Shown here piece after piece: positions 38,726 to 38,758 of a DNA stretch of 38,758 nt. Under the pieces are notes generated by a model. That model did not search any database, was not told where the DNA came from, and worked only from the letters and a program-made list of their open reading frames with translations. How positions within the stretch are numbered: the stretch's first letter is position 1; each line of letters starts with the position of its first letter. Position numbers and translations under genes: made by a program. Source of the stretch: Octopus sinensis (lineage: Eukaryota); NCBI RefSeq assembly GCF_006345805.1, contig NW_021835762.1, forward strand, positions 1 to 38,758, in the 5' to 3' direction.

Positions 38726-38758
38726 TTGTGTGTATGTGTGTATGCATCTATATATGTG

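Overview
AT-rich, microsatellite-dense eukaryotic DNA. The repeat families and composition suggest an octopus (coleoid cephalopod) genome; this is inference, not a search result. I found no host protein-coding exon, and almost all ORF-track entries are translations of (TA)n, (CA)n, (CAT)n, (CTA)n or (TAA)n repeats. The window is a collection of transposon relics: a two-headed (foldback) mariner derivative; CR1-clade, Tx1/L1-clade and R4/Dong-clade LINE fragments; three tRNA-derived SINE families (labelled A, B, C here); Penelope-like terminal repeats; and a probable Helitron/DINE-like element. Four observations stand out. (1) A 170-bp near-perfect palindrome at 31356-31705 carries an intact minimal type I hammerhead ribozyme in each arm; a second intact-core hammerhead lies at 23828-23872, and a related palindrome with the same asymmetry at 22554-22946. 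(2) A (TAA)n tract at 11.6-14.2 kb holds three R4/Dong 3' ends plus two copies of a non-coding 556-bp element. (3) SINE-A forms 184-bp-period multimers with the same junction at two loci. (4) SINE-B shares its 3' tail with two CR1 copies in the window.
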